From: an uncultured Verrucomicrobiae bacterium
GTDB taxonomy: Bacteria > Verrucomicrobiota > Verrucomicrobiia > Palsa-1439
Reading direction: 5' to 3'
Assembly: GCA_963713705.1 (NCBI GenBank)
Contig: CAVQMY010000045.1
Coordinates: 585-64,584 of the forward strand
Length of the DNA stretch: 64,000 nucleotides
The notes beneath the pieces were generated by a model, which was not told the DNA's origin, did not search any database, and saw only the letters and a program-made list of their open reading frames with translations. The position numbers and the translations under genes are program-made. This document shows positions 50,720-59,762 of this stretch, in pieces (the first letter of the stretch is position 1; every line of letters begins with the position of its first letter).

Positions 50720-50868
50720 GGCATCTCTTTAGGAAAACCGATGGGCGGTCGTCACGGGGTTCATGGTACCGCCCGGTTCAGGCCCGGCTCAAGGCGGAAA
50801 GCAAAGAAACGGCGGGATACCAACAGCCGCAACCGAGACGGTCGCGCTACCGGAGGCGCGGTCGACGG

Positions 50869-51819
50869 TCAGACCTTGTCGCGGAAGTAGTCGATGGTTT
50901 GGCGGAGGCCATCTTCGAGTTTCACTTTGGGTTCCCAGCGGAGGAGTTTCTTGGCGCGGGAGATATCGGGACGGCGCTGTTTGGGGTCGTCCTCGGGCAA
51001 CGGTTCGTAGACGATCTTACTTTTGCTGCCGGTGAGGTTGATGATGAGTTTGGCGAAATCGAGGATGGTGAACTCGGTCGGGTTGCCGATGTTGACGGGT
51101 TCGTGGAAATCGGATTGGGAGAGTCGGAAGATGCCGTCGATGAGATCGCTGCAGTAGCAAAAGCTGCGGGTTTGTTGGCCTTCGCCGAAGACGGTGAGGG
51201 GTTCGCCGCGGAGGGCCTGGCCGATGAAGGCGGGGACGACACGGCCGTCCTTGAGTCGCATGCGCGGGCCGTAGGTATTGAAGATGCGGACGATGTGGGT
51301 ATCGACCTTGTGGTAGCGATGGTAGGCCATGGTCATGGCTTCGGCGAAGCGTTTGGCTTCGTCGTAGACGCCGCGGGGGCCGATGGGGTTGACGTTGCCC
51401 CAGTAGGATTCGGTCTGGGGATGTTCGAGCGGGTCGCCGTAGCATTCGGAGGTGGAGGCGAGGAAGAATTTGGCCTTTTTGGCGAGGGCGAGGCCGAGGG
51501 CATTGTGGGTGCCGAGGGAACCGACCTTGAGGGTTTGGATCGGGAGCTGGAGATAGTCGATCGGGCTGGCGGGTGAGGCGAAATGGAAGACGTAGTCGAC
51601 GGGGCCGGCGAGGTAGATGAATTGGGTGACGTTGTGGTGGATGAACGCGAAGTGTTTGTTGCCGGCGAGATGGGCGATGTTGTCGGTATTGCCCGTGACG
51701 AGGTTGTCGATGGCGATGACGCGATGGCCTTCGGCGAGGAGACGGTCGACGAGATGGGAGCCGAGGAAGCCGGCGCCGCCGGTAACGACGGTAACGGGAG
51801 CGGGAGTGGTGGCAGTCAT
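50869..51819 (-). CDS. uxs: UDP-glucuronate decarboxylase (UDP-xylose synthase), NAD-dependent epimerase/dehydratase family
   Basis: [40 protein letters not shown]…SECYGDP…YDEAKR… with high similarity to UXS/ArnA-type enzymes. The ORF extends upstream to 51936, but MTATT is the likely start. Confidence 0.85.
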   Translation of the reverse strand: MTATTPAPVTVVTGGAGFLGSHLVDRLLAEGHRVIAIDNLVTGNTDNIAHLAGNKHFAFIHHNVTQFIYLAGPVDYVFHFASPASPIDYLQLPIQTLKVGSLGTHNALGLALAKKAKFFLASTSECYGDPLEHPQTESYWGNVNPIGPRGVYDEAKRFAEAMTMAYHRYHKVDTHIVRIFNTYGPRMRLKDGRVVPAFIGQALRGEPLTVFGEGQQTRSFCYCSDLIDGIFRLSQSDFHEPVNIGNPTEFTILDFAKLIINLTGSKSKIVYEPLPEDDPKQRRPDISRAKKLLRWEPKVKLEDGLRQTIDYFRDKV

Positions 51820-52243
51820 GCGTCTGAGTGATTCGCAGAATTTGCGGCGCGGGGCAACAAAAAAGAGAAGACAGGGGCGAAAGGCAGGAGACAGAATCCA
51901 GAATTCAGGAGTCAGAAGGCGGAAATTGCGCACCACCCCGAAGGCGTTCGGGGTAAACTCCGTGCACGAAGAAGACAGATTTTCTCACGCAGAACTCGCA
52001 GAGAGCGCGGAGGATGAAATCTCTGTGTGGCATCGTTGATCCGCCGTCGTCAAGACTATGGCGGACAGGGAGGGACGATGCAACACGAGGGTGCTCCGTT
52101 CGGAGGCGGTTTCGGAGGGGGGGGTGGCGAGCCACAGATTCACACAGATGGGCGCGGATGTTCACCACGAAGTCGCGAAGGACGCGAAGGCGAGACAAGG
52201 GTGTGGAACGGCTGAGGATGGACCTACTTCGCCGAGTCGGCTA

Positions 52244-53146
52244 CGAAGGCTAAGTGCCTATCCCAGAACCTCGGCGCGGCGATAGGTGATGATCGCGCAA
52301 GCAAAGTGAAGTAGCCCCAAGTAATTGTCCGCTTTCTTCTCCCACCGAATCAGAATGCGGCGAAACCGATTCAGCCAACTGTGGGTCCGCTCGACCACCC
52401 AACGGCGCGCTTTGAATCGAGCGTTGCGTTTGAGCGCCTGGGCTTCCTCACCGCGACTGCGGATGTGAACCGTGTAGCCAAACTCCTGCGCCAGTTCCCG
52501 TACTTCGTCGTAATCGTATCCTTTGTCCAGACACAATCCTTGCGACTGGCCGCTCCCAACGCCTGGTCGCTCCACCGGAATGCTTTCCAGCGTTTCTCTC
52601 ACCAGCTTGAAGTCGTTGCGGTTGGCCCCGTCAATGGCCAGTCCGATCGGCACGCCTTGACCCTCCGTCAACAAGCTGCGCTTCACCCCGTCCTTGGCTC
52701 GATCCGTGGGGTTGGGGCCGATTTTTTTCCCCGCCCAACGGAGCTTTGCTCATCGCTCCATCCATCGCCTGCCAGCGCCAGTCAATGCCTTTGAGTTCGT
52801 CGTATTCCGTCAACCCCTGTTCCCAAAGTTTCGCAAACACCCCGGCGCGCACCCATTGTTGAAAACGCCGATGGGCGGTGGAACTGCTGCAGATGCCCGT
52901 CGCGTTAAGCGCGTTCCACTGGCAACCAGTGCGCAACACGAACAGAATTCCGTTCATCGCGTGGCGGTCGGCGACCCGCGGTCGCCCGCCACGCCCCCGC
53001 GCGTGTCGCCGCGGCTTGGGCAGGAGTGGCTCGACCTTACTCCACAATTGGTCAGACACGAGCCAACGCTCGTGCGATCTGCTTTTCCCCATAGATGCCT
53101 CCTTGGCATCCCCATTATATCATTGCCAGAGGGGTTTTGGGATGGG
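52244..53146 (-). mobile_element. IS5-family (IS1031/IS427-group) insertion sequence, copy B
   Basis: Inverted copy of 39264-40166 with flanking TAA duplication. orfB is 52258..52686 and orfA is 52631..53092. Confidence 0.75.
52258..53092 (-). CDS. IS5-family transposase OrfA/OrfB (copy B; two overlapping frames joined at an A7 run)
   Basis: Protein sequences identical to 39324..39785 and 39730..40158. Confidence 0.75.
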
Positions 53147-54144
53147 TTCTAAACTGTTCACTGGCGGATTCCTATCCCCATCGTGTCCCGCGCCAAGTCG
53201 CGCAGCGGCGGGCAAGCATGGGTTGACAGTATTCACTCCCGTTCATACTGGTTGCGGCGCCCGCACGCACTCGGCGCGCGTTTGCGCCAGCACCAAGTCC
53301 GTGGAGCGTCTCATCGGCCAGTGCCGCTTTCGGCTCCGGCTGACTCGGCTTCTGACGCTACACGGGCGGGTTAGCGGCGGTGTGGACGGCGGCGCAAGCT
53401 GAAGCCGTGCGGCTACAAGGCGGCGGGTGCGGTGGGTGGATGGGGGAAAAGCGAAAAGGGATGAGGGATACCTGGACCCTTCGACTTCGCTCCCTTCGAC
53501 AGGCTCAGGGCAGGCAGGGCAGGCTCTCGGCATCCCGCCCCGCCTGAGGCGGGCGGGCTTCGTCGGTTTCATCGTATTGCGATTGACTTTGTATCTCATT
53601 GGGATATACTGTGGGGCTGACGTTGGAACGTTCTTTGACAATGAGGGGGGGGGCACCACAACCGGTGGGGGTGGTCGAGAGGCTGTCGAAAAAGTAAAAA
53701 ATACAAACGAACCCAAGTTTGACCAAGCCGGCGTGGAAATTTCCAAAAACAAAGCCAAAAACGAACCCAAGTTGAGGCCACAAGCGGAGGGAAGACGGCC
53801 AGTAGCCAGGTAACGGGGTAGCCGAGTAGCCAATAGCCAAGTGGCCGAGCCACAGACGCACACAGATGGGCCGCGTGACGCTCGTGCGAGCGAACGCGGG
53901 CTTCGCCGCGAGGGACCGCGCGTGGGGTGCGTGGTGCGATGGGTGTTGGGACGGGGGTGTACAGGGGGGTGGGTCTCGATTGCACTCGTTCGCTCCCGCT
54001 CAGCTAGGCGGCTCGGTTGACTCCGCTCACGCCCGTTCGCGTCGCCCTTCGGGTGCCGAAAAGGCACGGCCTGTTTGCGACCGGGGATACGACGTGGTCG
54101 CGTCTCACCTTCGGTTCGGCTCCGCGGCTACCCTCGCCGCTCGG

Positions 54145-55563
54145 CTATTTGGCGCCGAGGCCGGTGAGGACGATGGGGACGGTGCGGGCGAGGATTTTGA
54201 AGTCGAGCCAGAGGGACCAGTTGTCGATGTATTGGAGGTCGAGTTTCATCCACTGGTCGAAGGCGATGCGGTTGCGGCCGCTGATCTGCCAGATGCAGGT
54301 GAGGCCGGGTTTCATGGAGAGGCGGCGGCGATGCCAGGGGTCGTAGTGGTCGACTTCGGTGGGGATGGGCGGGCGCGGGCCGACGAGGCTCATGTCGCCG
54401 GCGAGGACGTTCCAGAGCTGGGGGAGTTCGTCGATGCTGGACTTGCGGAGGAAGCGGCCGAAGGGGGTGATGCGGGGGTCTTCCTCCATTTTGAAGGCTG
54501 GGCCGCGCATTTCGTTGAAGACTTCGAGTTCGGCCTGGAGCATCTCGGCGTTGGTGATCATGGAGCGGAACTTGTACATGGTGAAGAGGCGTCCGTGGCG
54601 GCCGCTGCGTTTCTGCTTGAAGAGGACGGGGCCGGGCGAGGTGAGTTTGAGGATGATGGCGACGGGCAGCATGACGAGCGGGCCGAGGATGAGCAGGCCG
54701 AGGGTCGAGCCGATGATGTCGATGAGGCGCTTGCAGACGAGTTGCCAGGAAATCTCGGGGGTGGTGCGGAAGATGAGCAGGGGTTTGCCGTAGAAATCGT
54801 CGACGGTGGCGCGGGCGATGGAGGTCTTGACGAAATCCGCCACGAGCCAGGCTTCGACGCCTTCGACTTCGCAGGCGAGGATGGCTTTCTCGATTTCGCC
54901 GAAGGCGGTTTGGCTGACGTTGAAGACCACGCAGCCAACGGGGTAGCGGTGCAACATGGCGGGGAGTTCCGAAACCAGGTTGGTGTTGGAATCCAGCTTG
55001 GCGGCGACACGGAGGCTCCATTCCGGGTGTTCGTCGAGCAGCCTGGCAAACTCCGCGTTGCGTTCCTCCGAACCGACGAGGATGATCTCGGTAACTTCCT
55101 TTCCATTGCGAGCGCGATGGCGCAGGAACGCCTGAAAGAACTGGTTTTTTACAAACAACGCGACGATGCTGAAGAGGGAGAAGATCACCACGACGCCGCG
55201 GCTGAGCATGGGCAGATGGAAGAAGTACATTGCGGCCATGACCGCCAGCGTGCAGACGAGGCTGCTCTTCACGAGAATCCACGCTGTATTGCGAAGCTGC
55301 TGGCTGTGGGAGCGGCTGTAAAAGCCGTTAACGTCCAGAAGAAATGGAAACACCGGGAGCACGATCAAGTACAACCATTTGTAGTAGCGAAACGGCGCGA
55401 TCATTCCGTACTGGATCGTGTACCCGAGGATGTGGTGCGGAAACGGGAATGAAAAGGCGAGTTGCTCGCGCAACGCGTGGGCGAACCAAAAGACGATGGC
55501 GATCAGCAGCCCGTCAACGATCTGGCTGACTTGAATGATGAATTCTCTTCGTCTATTTGACAT
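54145..55563 (-). CDS. Exopolysaccharide polyprenyl-phosphate glycosyl-1-phosphate transferase (bacterial sugar transferase, WbaP/EpsL-type)
   Basis: 472 aa. N-terminal TM helices and the conserved C-terminal domain …SPGPVLFKQKRSGRHGRLFTMYKFRSM…MSLVGPRP…. The 528-aa + strand ORF (53866..55452) is its antisense. Confidence 0.85.
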   Translation of the reverse strand: MSNRRREFIIQVSQIVDGLLIAIVFWFAHALREQLAFSFPFPHHILGYTIQYGMIAPFRYYKWLYLIVLPVFPFLLDVNGFYSRSHSQQLRNTAWILVKSSLVCTLAVMAAMYFFHLPMLSRGVVVIFSLFSIVALFVKNQFFQAFLRHRARNGKEVTEIILVGSEERNAEFARLLDEHPEWSLRVAAKLDSNTNLVSELPAMLHRYPVGCVVFNVSQTAFGEIEKAILACEVEGVEAWLVADFVKTSIARATVDDFYGKPLLIFRTTPEISWQLVCKRLIDIIGSTLGLLILGPLVMLPVAIILKLTSPGPVLFKQKRSGRHGRLFTMYKFRSMITNAEMLQAELEVFNEMRGPAFKMEEDPRITPFGRFLRKSSIDELPQLWNVLAGDMSLVGPRPPIPTEVDHYDPWHRRRLSMKPGLTCIWQISGRNRIAFDQWMKLDLQYIDNWSLWLDFKILARTVPIVLTGLGAK

Positions 55564-55629
55564 TGGAACACTCCGACGTCCCTGGCGCGCCGTCCGTCAA
55601 CACACCTGCCGTCGGTTCCGCCACCGTGG

Positions 55630-56457
55630 CTATTTCACGACCAGGGACGGGTAGATGTCCTGAATGAATCTGGCGATCACCTTCATGGCATCGTCTTGCG
55701 ACTTGATGGGTGCGCCACCTTCCGCATCGCCACGGACGGGCAGGTGAATCAGGATGTATGCCCAGCGGTGGTTTGTATTGTAAAAAATCCGGTCTTTGGC
55801 GGTCCAGTAGATGCGCTGCCAGTGGTACGGCGTCATTCGATCCTTACCTACAAACCAATAGGCAAACACCGACTGCGCTTCCGTCGTCCGGCCATCCGCC
55901 AGCCGAACCGGGCAAGAGGCGTTCATACGCATCACATTCAACACGCCGCCCGGCGCTGTTGCCACGGGGATGGGTTCCGTGTACTCGCTCTGGATTTTCC
56001 AACCCTGACCGGGCAGGCAGAGCTCGGGCCGGTGGATACTGGTCACGTCGCGTCCTGCCAGTACAATCGAGCAAAACAGCTCGGTGCCGTCCTTGTTCTT
56101 AAAGAGCCGCCGCGAACCTTCCGTATCCTTCGGCAGAAGGCGTTGTTCGTCCTCGCTCAATCCCGTCTTCTCCCCGCCCGCCCAATCGCCGGCTCGATCG
56201 ACCAGATACGGAGTCCCATCGGGATACAATTTCACACCCGGCTCGGAGACTTTCGCCACGTCAGAGTTCGTGGCGGTCAGCAACACCCCGACCGCCAGGA
56301 TCACGACCACGATCAAGATTTGCTTCGTGCTCGGACCTCGTCGTTGCGGCACGACGGGTTGTCCTTTCGGTTGTATGCCCACTGGCGGCGTTGTTGTCGC
56401 GGATGATTCATTCATGCAACTTCTCCCGTCATGCTGCAGGCGGAAGCCTGTCGTCAT
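55630..56457 (-). CDS. epsI: EpsI-family exosortase-associated protein
   Basis: 275 aa. N-terminal TM plus the motif …HRPELCLPGQGW…, characteristic of EpsI. It lies immediately downstream of, and overlaps, the exosortase gene. Confidence 0.65.
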   Translation of the reverse strand: MTTGFRLQHDGRSCMNESSATTTPPVGIQPKGQPVVPQRRGPSTKQILIVVVILAVGVLLTATNSDVAKVSEPGVKLYPDGTPYLVDRAGDWAGGEKTGLSEDEQRLLPKDTEGSRRLFKNKDGTELFCSIVLAGRDVTSIHRPELCLPGQGWKIQSEYTEPIPVATAPGGVLNVMRMNASCPVRLADGRTTEAQSVFAYWFVGKDRMTPYHWQRIYWTAKDRIFYNTNHRWAYILIHLPVRGDAEGGAPIKSQDDAMKVIARFIQDIYPSLVVK

Positions 56458-57622
56458 CCAACCCTTTGTCCGGTGGTGGCGGCGGTGGTTTCAGCCAGTT
56501 TTGGAACAGGCGGCGAAATGGAAAATTCAACAGCAGTCCGATGAGCACCATCACCGCGAGAGCTACTGGAAAGAGGATGAATCCCGACCACTCGTGGTAA
56601 ACCTCCGTGGCCGTTCTCTGACCGTATACTTGCGCCACCAGCGCGATCGAGATCACCCGCGCCAGATTGCCAAGCACGGCCAACGGCATGGCGCAAAGAA
56701 ACAAAAGCCAACGCTTCCAATGCGCCCGTTGCGTCACATAGGCGTAGGCGGCGGTAACAGTCGTCAGCGCCATCAGGGAGCGGATCCCACTGCATGGATC
56801 GGCCACGTCAAAACTGAAGACGGGGGAGATGATGCCGGATCCGCGTTGCACCGCTTCGATACCCATCCCATTCAGGGCCATCGTGGAAACCTTGGCGACG
56901 AACATCCGCAATGGAAAACCGACCGCGTTGTCCAGAAAGTTCAATGGCACCATCAGGAAGAGAAACGTGATTGGGAAAAACACCCAACGAAACACATCGC
57001 GACCGCGAAAACTCAATGCCAAGCCGTACAACAACACGATCCCCGAGATGACAACCACGCGAGGCTGGACAGCTTTCACTCCCAGATAATAAATCGCCAT
57101 CGCCACCGCCACGATCACTGGTCCCGCCGTCGTGGGCGGCTCGTCCTGTCCCACCAGATGGCCCCGCAAGGCCCACACCTGCCACGCTATCGTCAACGGC
57201 AACAGCATCAGCGACCAGAAGTAGGCCTGATCCTCCCAATCTTTGTTAATGGAACCGCCGACAATCCAGATCATCAATACCGCGCCGGCCCCCCCCATGG
57301 CCTGCCAATACGGTCCCCAATCTTCGTTTCCGTGGCTATGCTCCGACAGGTTCCACCACAGCAGAGCCGAAGCAATCAATGGGATCAGCGGGCCATGCGA
57401 GTAATTCGAGATCCGGTTCCAATGCACGACCAACCACTGCCAGCACGTCAGGTCATGCTCGACCGGTTGCCCCCAATATGCATAGACCACCAGCCCCGCC
57501 AGAACAAAGCACAACGCACCCTTCCGCCAATCGATTGGCAAAGGGGGAACCTCGACGGTGGCACTGGCTGTACCGTTACCCATGCGGCTTCCTACTGTAA
57601 TTTGCGCGCCGCCCAAAGTCAA
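56429..57622 (-). CDS. xrt: Exosortase (EpsH/XrtA-like)
   Basis: 397-aa polytopic membrane protein with the conserved exosortase motifs …DPCSGIRS… (catalytic Cys), …LGNLARV… (Asn/Arg) and a Pro-rich tail. The window encodes six PEP-CTERM substrates. Confidence 0.8.
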   Translation of the reverse strand: MTLGGAQITVGSRMGNGTASATVEVPPLPIDWRKGALCFVLAGLVVYAYWGQPVEHDLTCWQWLVVHWNRISNYSHGPLIPLIASALLWWNLSEHSHGNEDWGPYWQAMGGAGAVLMIWIVGGSINKDWEDQAYFWSLMLLPLTIAWQVWALRGHLVGQDEPPTTAGPVIVAVAMAIYYLGVKAVQPRVVVISGIVLLYGLALSFRGRDVFRWVFFPITFLFLMVPLNFLDNAVGFPLRMFVAKVSTMALNGMGIEAVQRGSGIISPVFSFDVADPCSGIRSLMALTTVTAAYAYVTQRAHWKRWLLFLCAMPLAVLGNLARVISIALVAQVYGQRTATEVYHEWSGFILFPVALAVMVLIGLLLNFPFRRLFQNWLKPPPPPPDKGLDDDRLPPAA

Positions 57623-58050
57623 ACGCGCCGACGGCCTCCGACCTCCTGCTCGCTAGCCCACCAGCCAAACCGCCTCCACCGCGCCAGCGCCCATTCATCT
57701 GCTACCAAAAATTACCCCTTATTTACCCCCACTTATACCCTCTCACAAGGCACAAAAATGTCAATAAAAACCATGCTGCCAGCACCCCGCCGCCCATCCA
57801 CCAATCAGCGCGCCTACCCGCCCCTCCCCCTCGCATTCTCCCCTCAAAGCCATCCCCCACCACCGCATCAAAAACTCGCTCCTCCGCCTCCACGTCGACG
57901 ACGACCGCCCATGCCATGCCGAGTGGGTTTCAGCCGCGTCAAAACCACCACAACGCTTCCCTCCGTGGCACTCAACCCCATCCCCATCCTCTCCACCCAT
58001 ACCCGCGTCGAAACCGACCGCAGCGACACGCCGACGGCTCAAGGCCGCGA

Positions 58051-59058
58051 TCAGCGGCCCCCGAATTCGGCGGCTTGCGCAAAGTCCTTCTCCGCTCCCG
58101 CCCGATCACCCAGGGCCTTCTTGACACCGCCACGGCCAATGTAGGCCATCGCGTCATGCGGATTGAGTTCAATGGCCTTCGTGAAATCGGCCATGGCACC
58201 CTCCAGATTACCCTTCATCCTCTCGACATTGGCACGGCTCACATACGCGGCCGGGTATTCCGGGTTGAGCTCAATCGCTTTCGACAAATCCGCGCCCGCG
58301 CCATCCAAATCCCCCTTGACCTTCCTGGCATTGCCACGGTCCATGTACGCCTCGCCCAGTGTCGGGTTCAATTGAATGGCTTTCGTGTCGTCAGCGATCA
58401 CTCCATCCCAATCCCGCTTGGCTATCTCGCCTTTGCCCCGCCCGGCGTACGCCATCGCATCCTTGGGATCGAGTTCAATCGCCTTTGAGAAATCGAACAT
58501 GGCGCTATCCCAATCGTACTTGTCTGCGTCAACAGTCCCCCGGTCAACGTACGCGTGGGCCAGTTTCGGGTCGATCTCAATGGCTTTCGTGAAATCCGCC
58601 ATCGCCCCATCCAGATCGCCCTTGGCTTTCCTGGCATTGCCACGATTGTCGTAGGCGACCGCGAGCTTCGGCTCGAGTTCAATCGCTTTCGTGAAGTCCG
58701 CAATCGCGCCGTCCCACTTGCCCCCGTCCATCCTCGCGCCGCCACGGTTGTTGTAGGCACCGGCCGCCCTGGGATCGAACTCAATGGCTTTCGTAAAATC
58801 GGCCATCGCGCCCTTCAGATCGCCTTTCATCCACTTCACACTGCCCCGGCCATCGTAGGCGGCCGCGTCTCGTGGATTGACTTGGATGGCTTTCGTGAAA
58901 TCCGCCATCGCCCCGTCCCAATTGTCCTTGGCGATCTCCCTCTTGCCGCGGTCGACTAAATCCGTGGCGGACTGGTGGCCGACTGTCGAACACGACTGGC
59001 TCAACGCACACAGCAGAGCGCACAACATCAGTTGGATTGGACGGGACTTGGCTGACAT
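58051..59058 (-). CDS. TPR-repeat lipoprotein (PrsT-like, PEP-CTERM system associated?)
   Basis: Lipoprotein signal (…LMLCALLCALSQSC). About eight tandem 34-aa repeats, each with A(M/I)ADFTKAIE(L/I)…P…A…Y..RG. It lies adjacent to the exosortase. Confidence 0.65.
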   Translation of the reverse strand: MSAKSRPIQLMLCALLCALSQSCSTVGHQSATDLVDRGKREIAKDNWDGAMADFTKAIQVNPRDAAAYDGRGSVKWMKGDLKGAMADFTKAIEFDPRAAGAYNNRGGARMDGGKWDGAIADFTKAIELEPKLAVAYDNRGNARKAKGDLDGAMADFTKAIEIDPKLAHAYVDRGTVDADKYDWDSAMFDFSKAIELDPKDAMAYAGRGKGEIAKRDWDGVIADDTKAIQLNPTLGEAYMDRGNARKVKGDLDGAGADLSKAIELNPEYPAAYVSRANVERMKGNLEGAMADFTKAIELNPHDAMAYIGRGGVKKALGDRAGAEKDFAQAAEFGGR

Positions 59059-59762
59059 AAAATTCCTTTCGCTGGTCGGATCAATTTCACACACAGTCTA
59101 TTCAGCCCACCACCGCATGCCAAGTGCGAAAATCGCCGCCTCCGGCCCCATTACCCTCCCGTAGCCGCAAGCCGAGTCGGACGAGACGCGACCTCGCCGT
59201 GCTTGGGTCGCAACTTTAGCCTGCGTCCCCGCCGTACCCGCATGGCTTGCCTGTCCCACGCCATCCCGCCCCCACCACCGGGGAGCGCACGCGCCCCGCG
59301 TGCCGCCTGACACGCCCCCGCGTCAGACAAAAGAGGAACCCCGTCCGCCTGCCCTGAATACGCTCCACAATTGTCATAACTGCCCCGTATTCACCCCGAC
59401 ATCCTTTGTCGGGGCTCATCCCCGCCCGGCGCTCCGTCTTGTCGCTTGCCCCTTTCCGAATGGGAGGGCCAACCTCCCGGTGAGCCGCACCCCCGCCCGC
59501 CGCCGCCCACTGTAGCGTCCGAAGCCGAGTCAGCGAGACGCGCCGAGTGTGTGCCGGCGCAAACGCGACCTCGCCGTCCTTCCCCCGTCGCGCACACACG
59601 ACCTGCCATATTCCCGACCGGGATACGTGGATCGGCTGGAATGATAAATCGCGCACCAGAAACTTGGTGTACACCATGGACGCTTACGTATTGGGTGCCC
59701 TGCCTCCCTACAATCATCTTTTGGGCGGTAAGCTTATTTCGTATGTCATCACGTCGAGGGAG

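Noticed and set aside
53866-55452. 528-aa + strand ORF and 384-aa minus-strand alternative frame over the sugar-transferase gene
   Set aside because: Gly/Ala/Asp/Glu-rich or Arg/Pro-rich low-complexity translations, typical of off-frame ORFs in high-GC DNA. The real gene, with conserved sugar-transferase motifs, is in the other minus frame.
59216-59677. 153-aa minus-strand ORF and neighbouring ORFs at 59.1-59.7 kb
   Set aside because: No start context or motifs. The region has duplicated non-coding-looking segments and extreme GC, so it is treated as non-coding.
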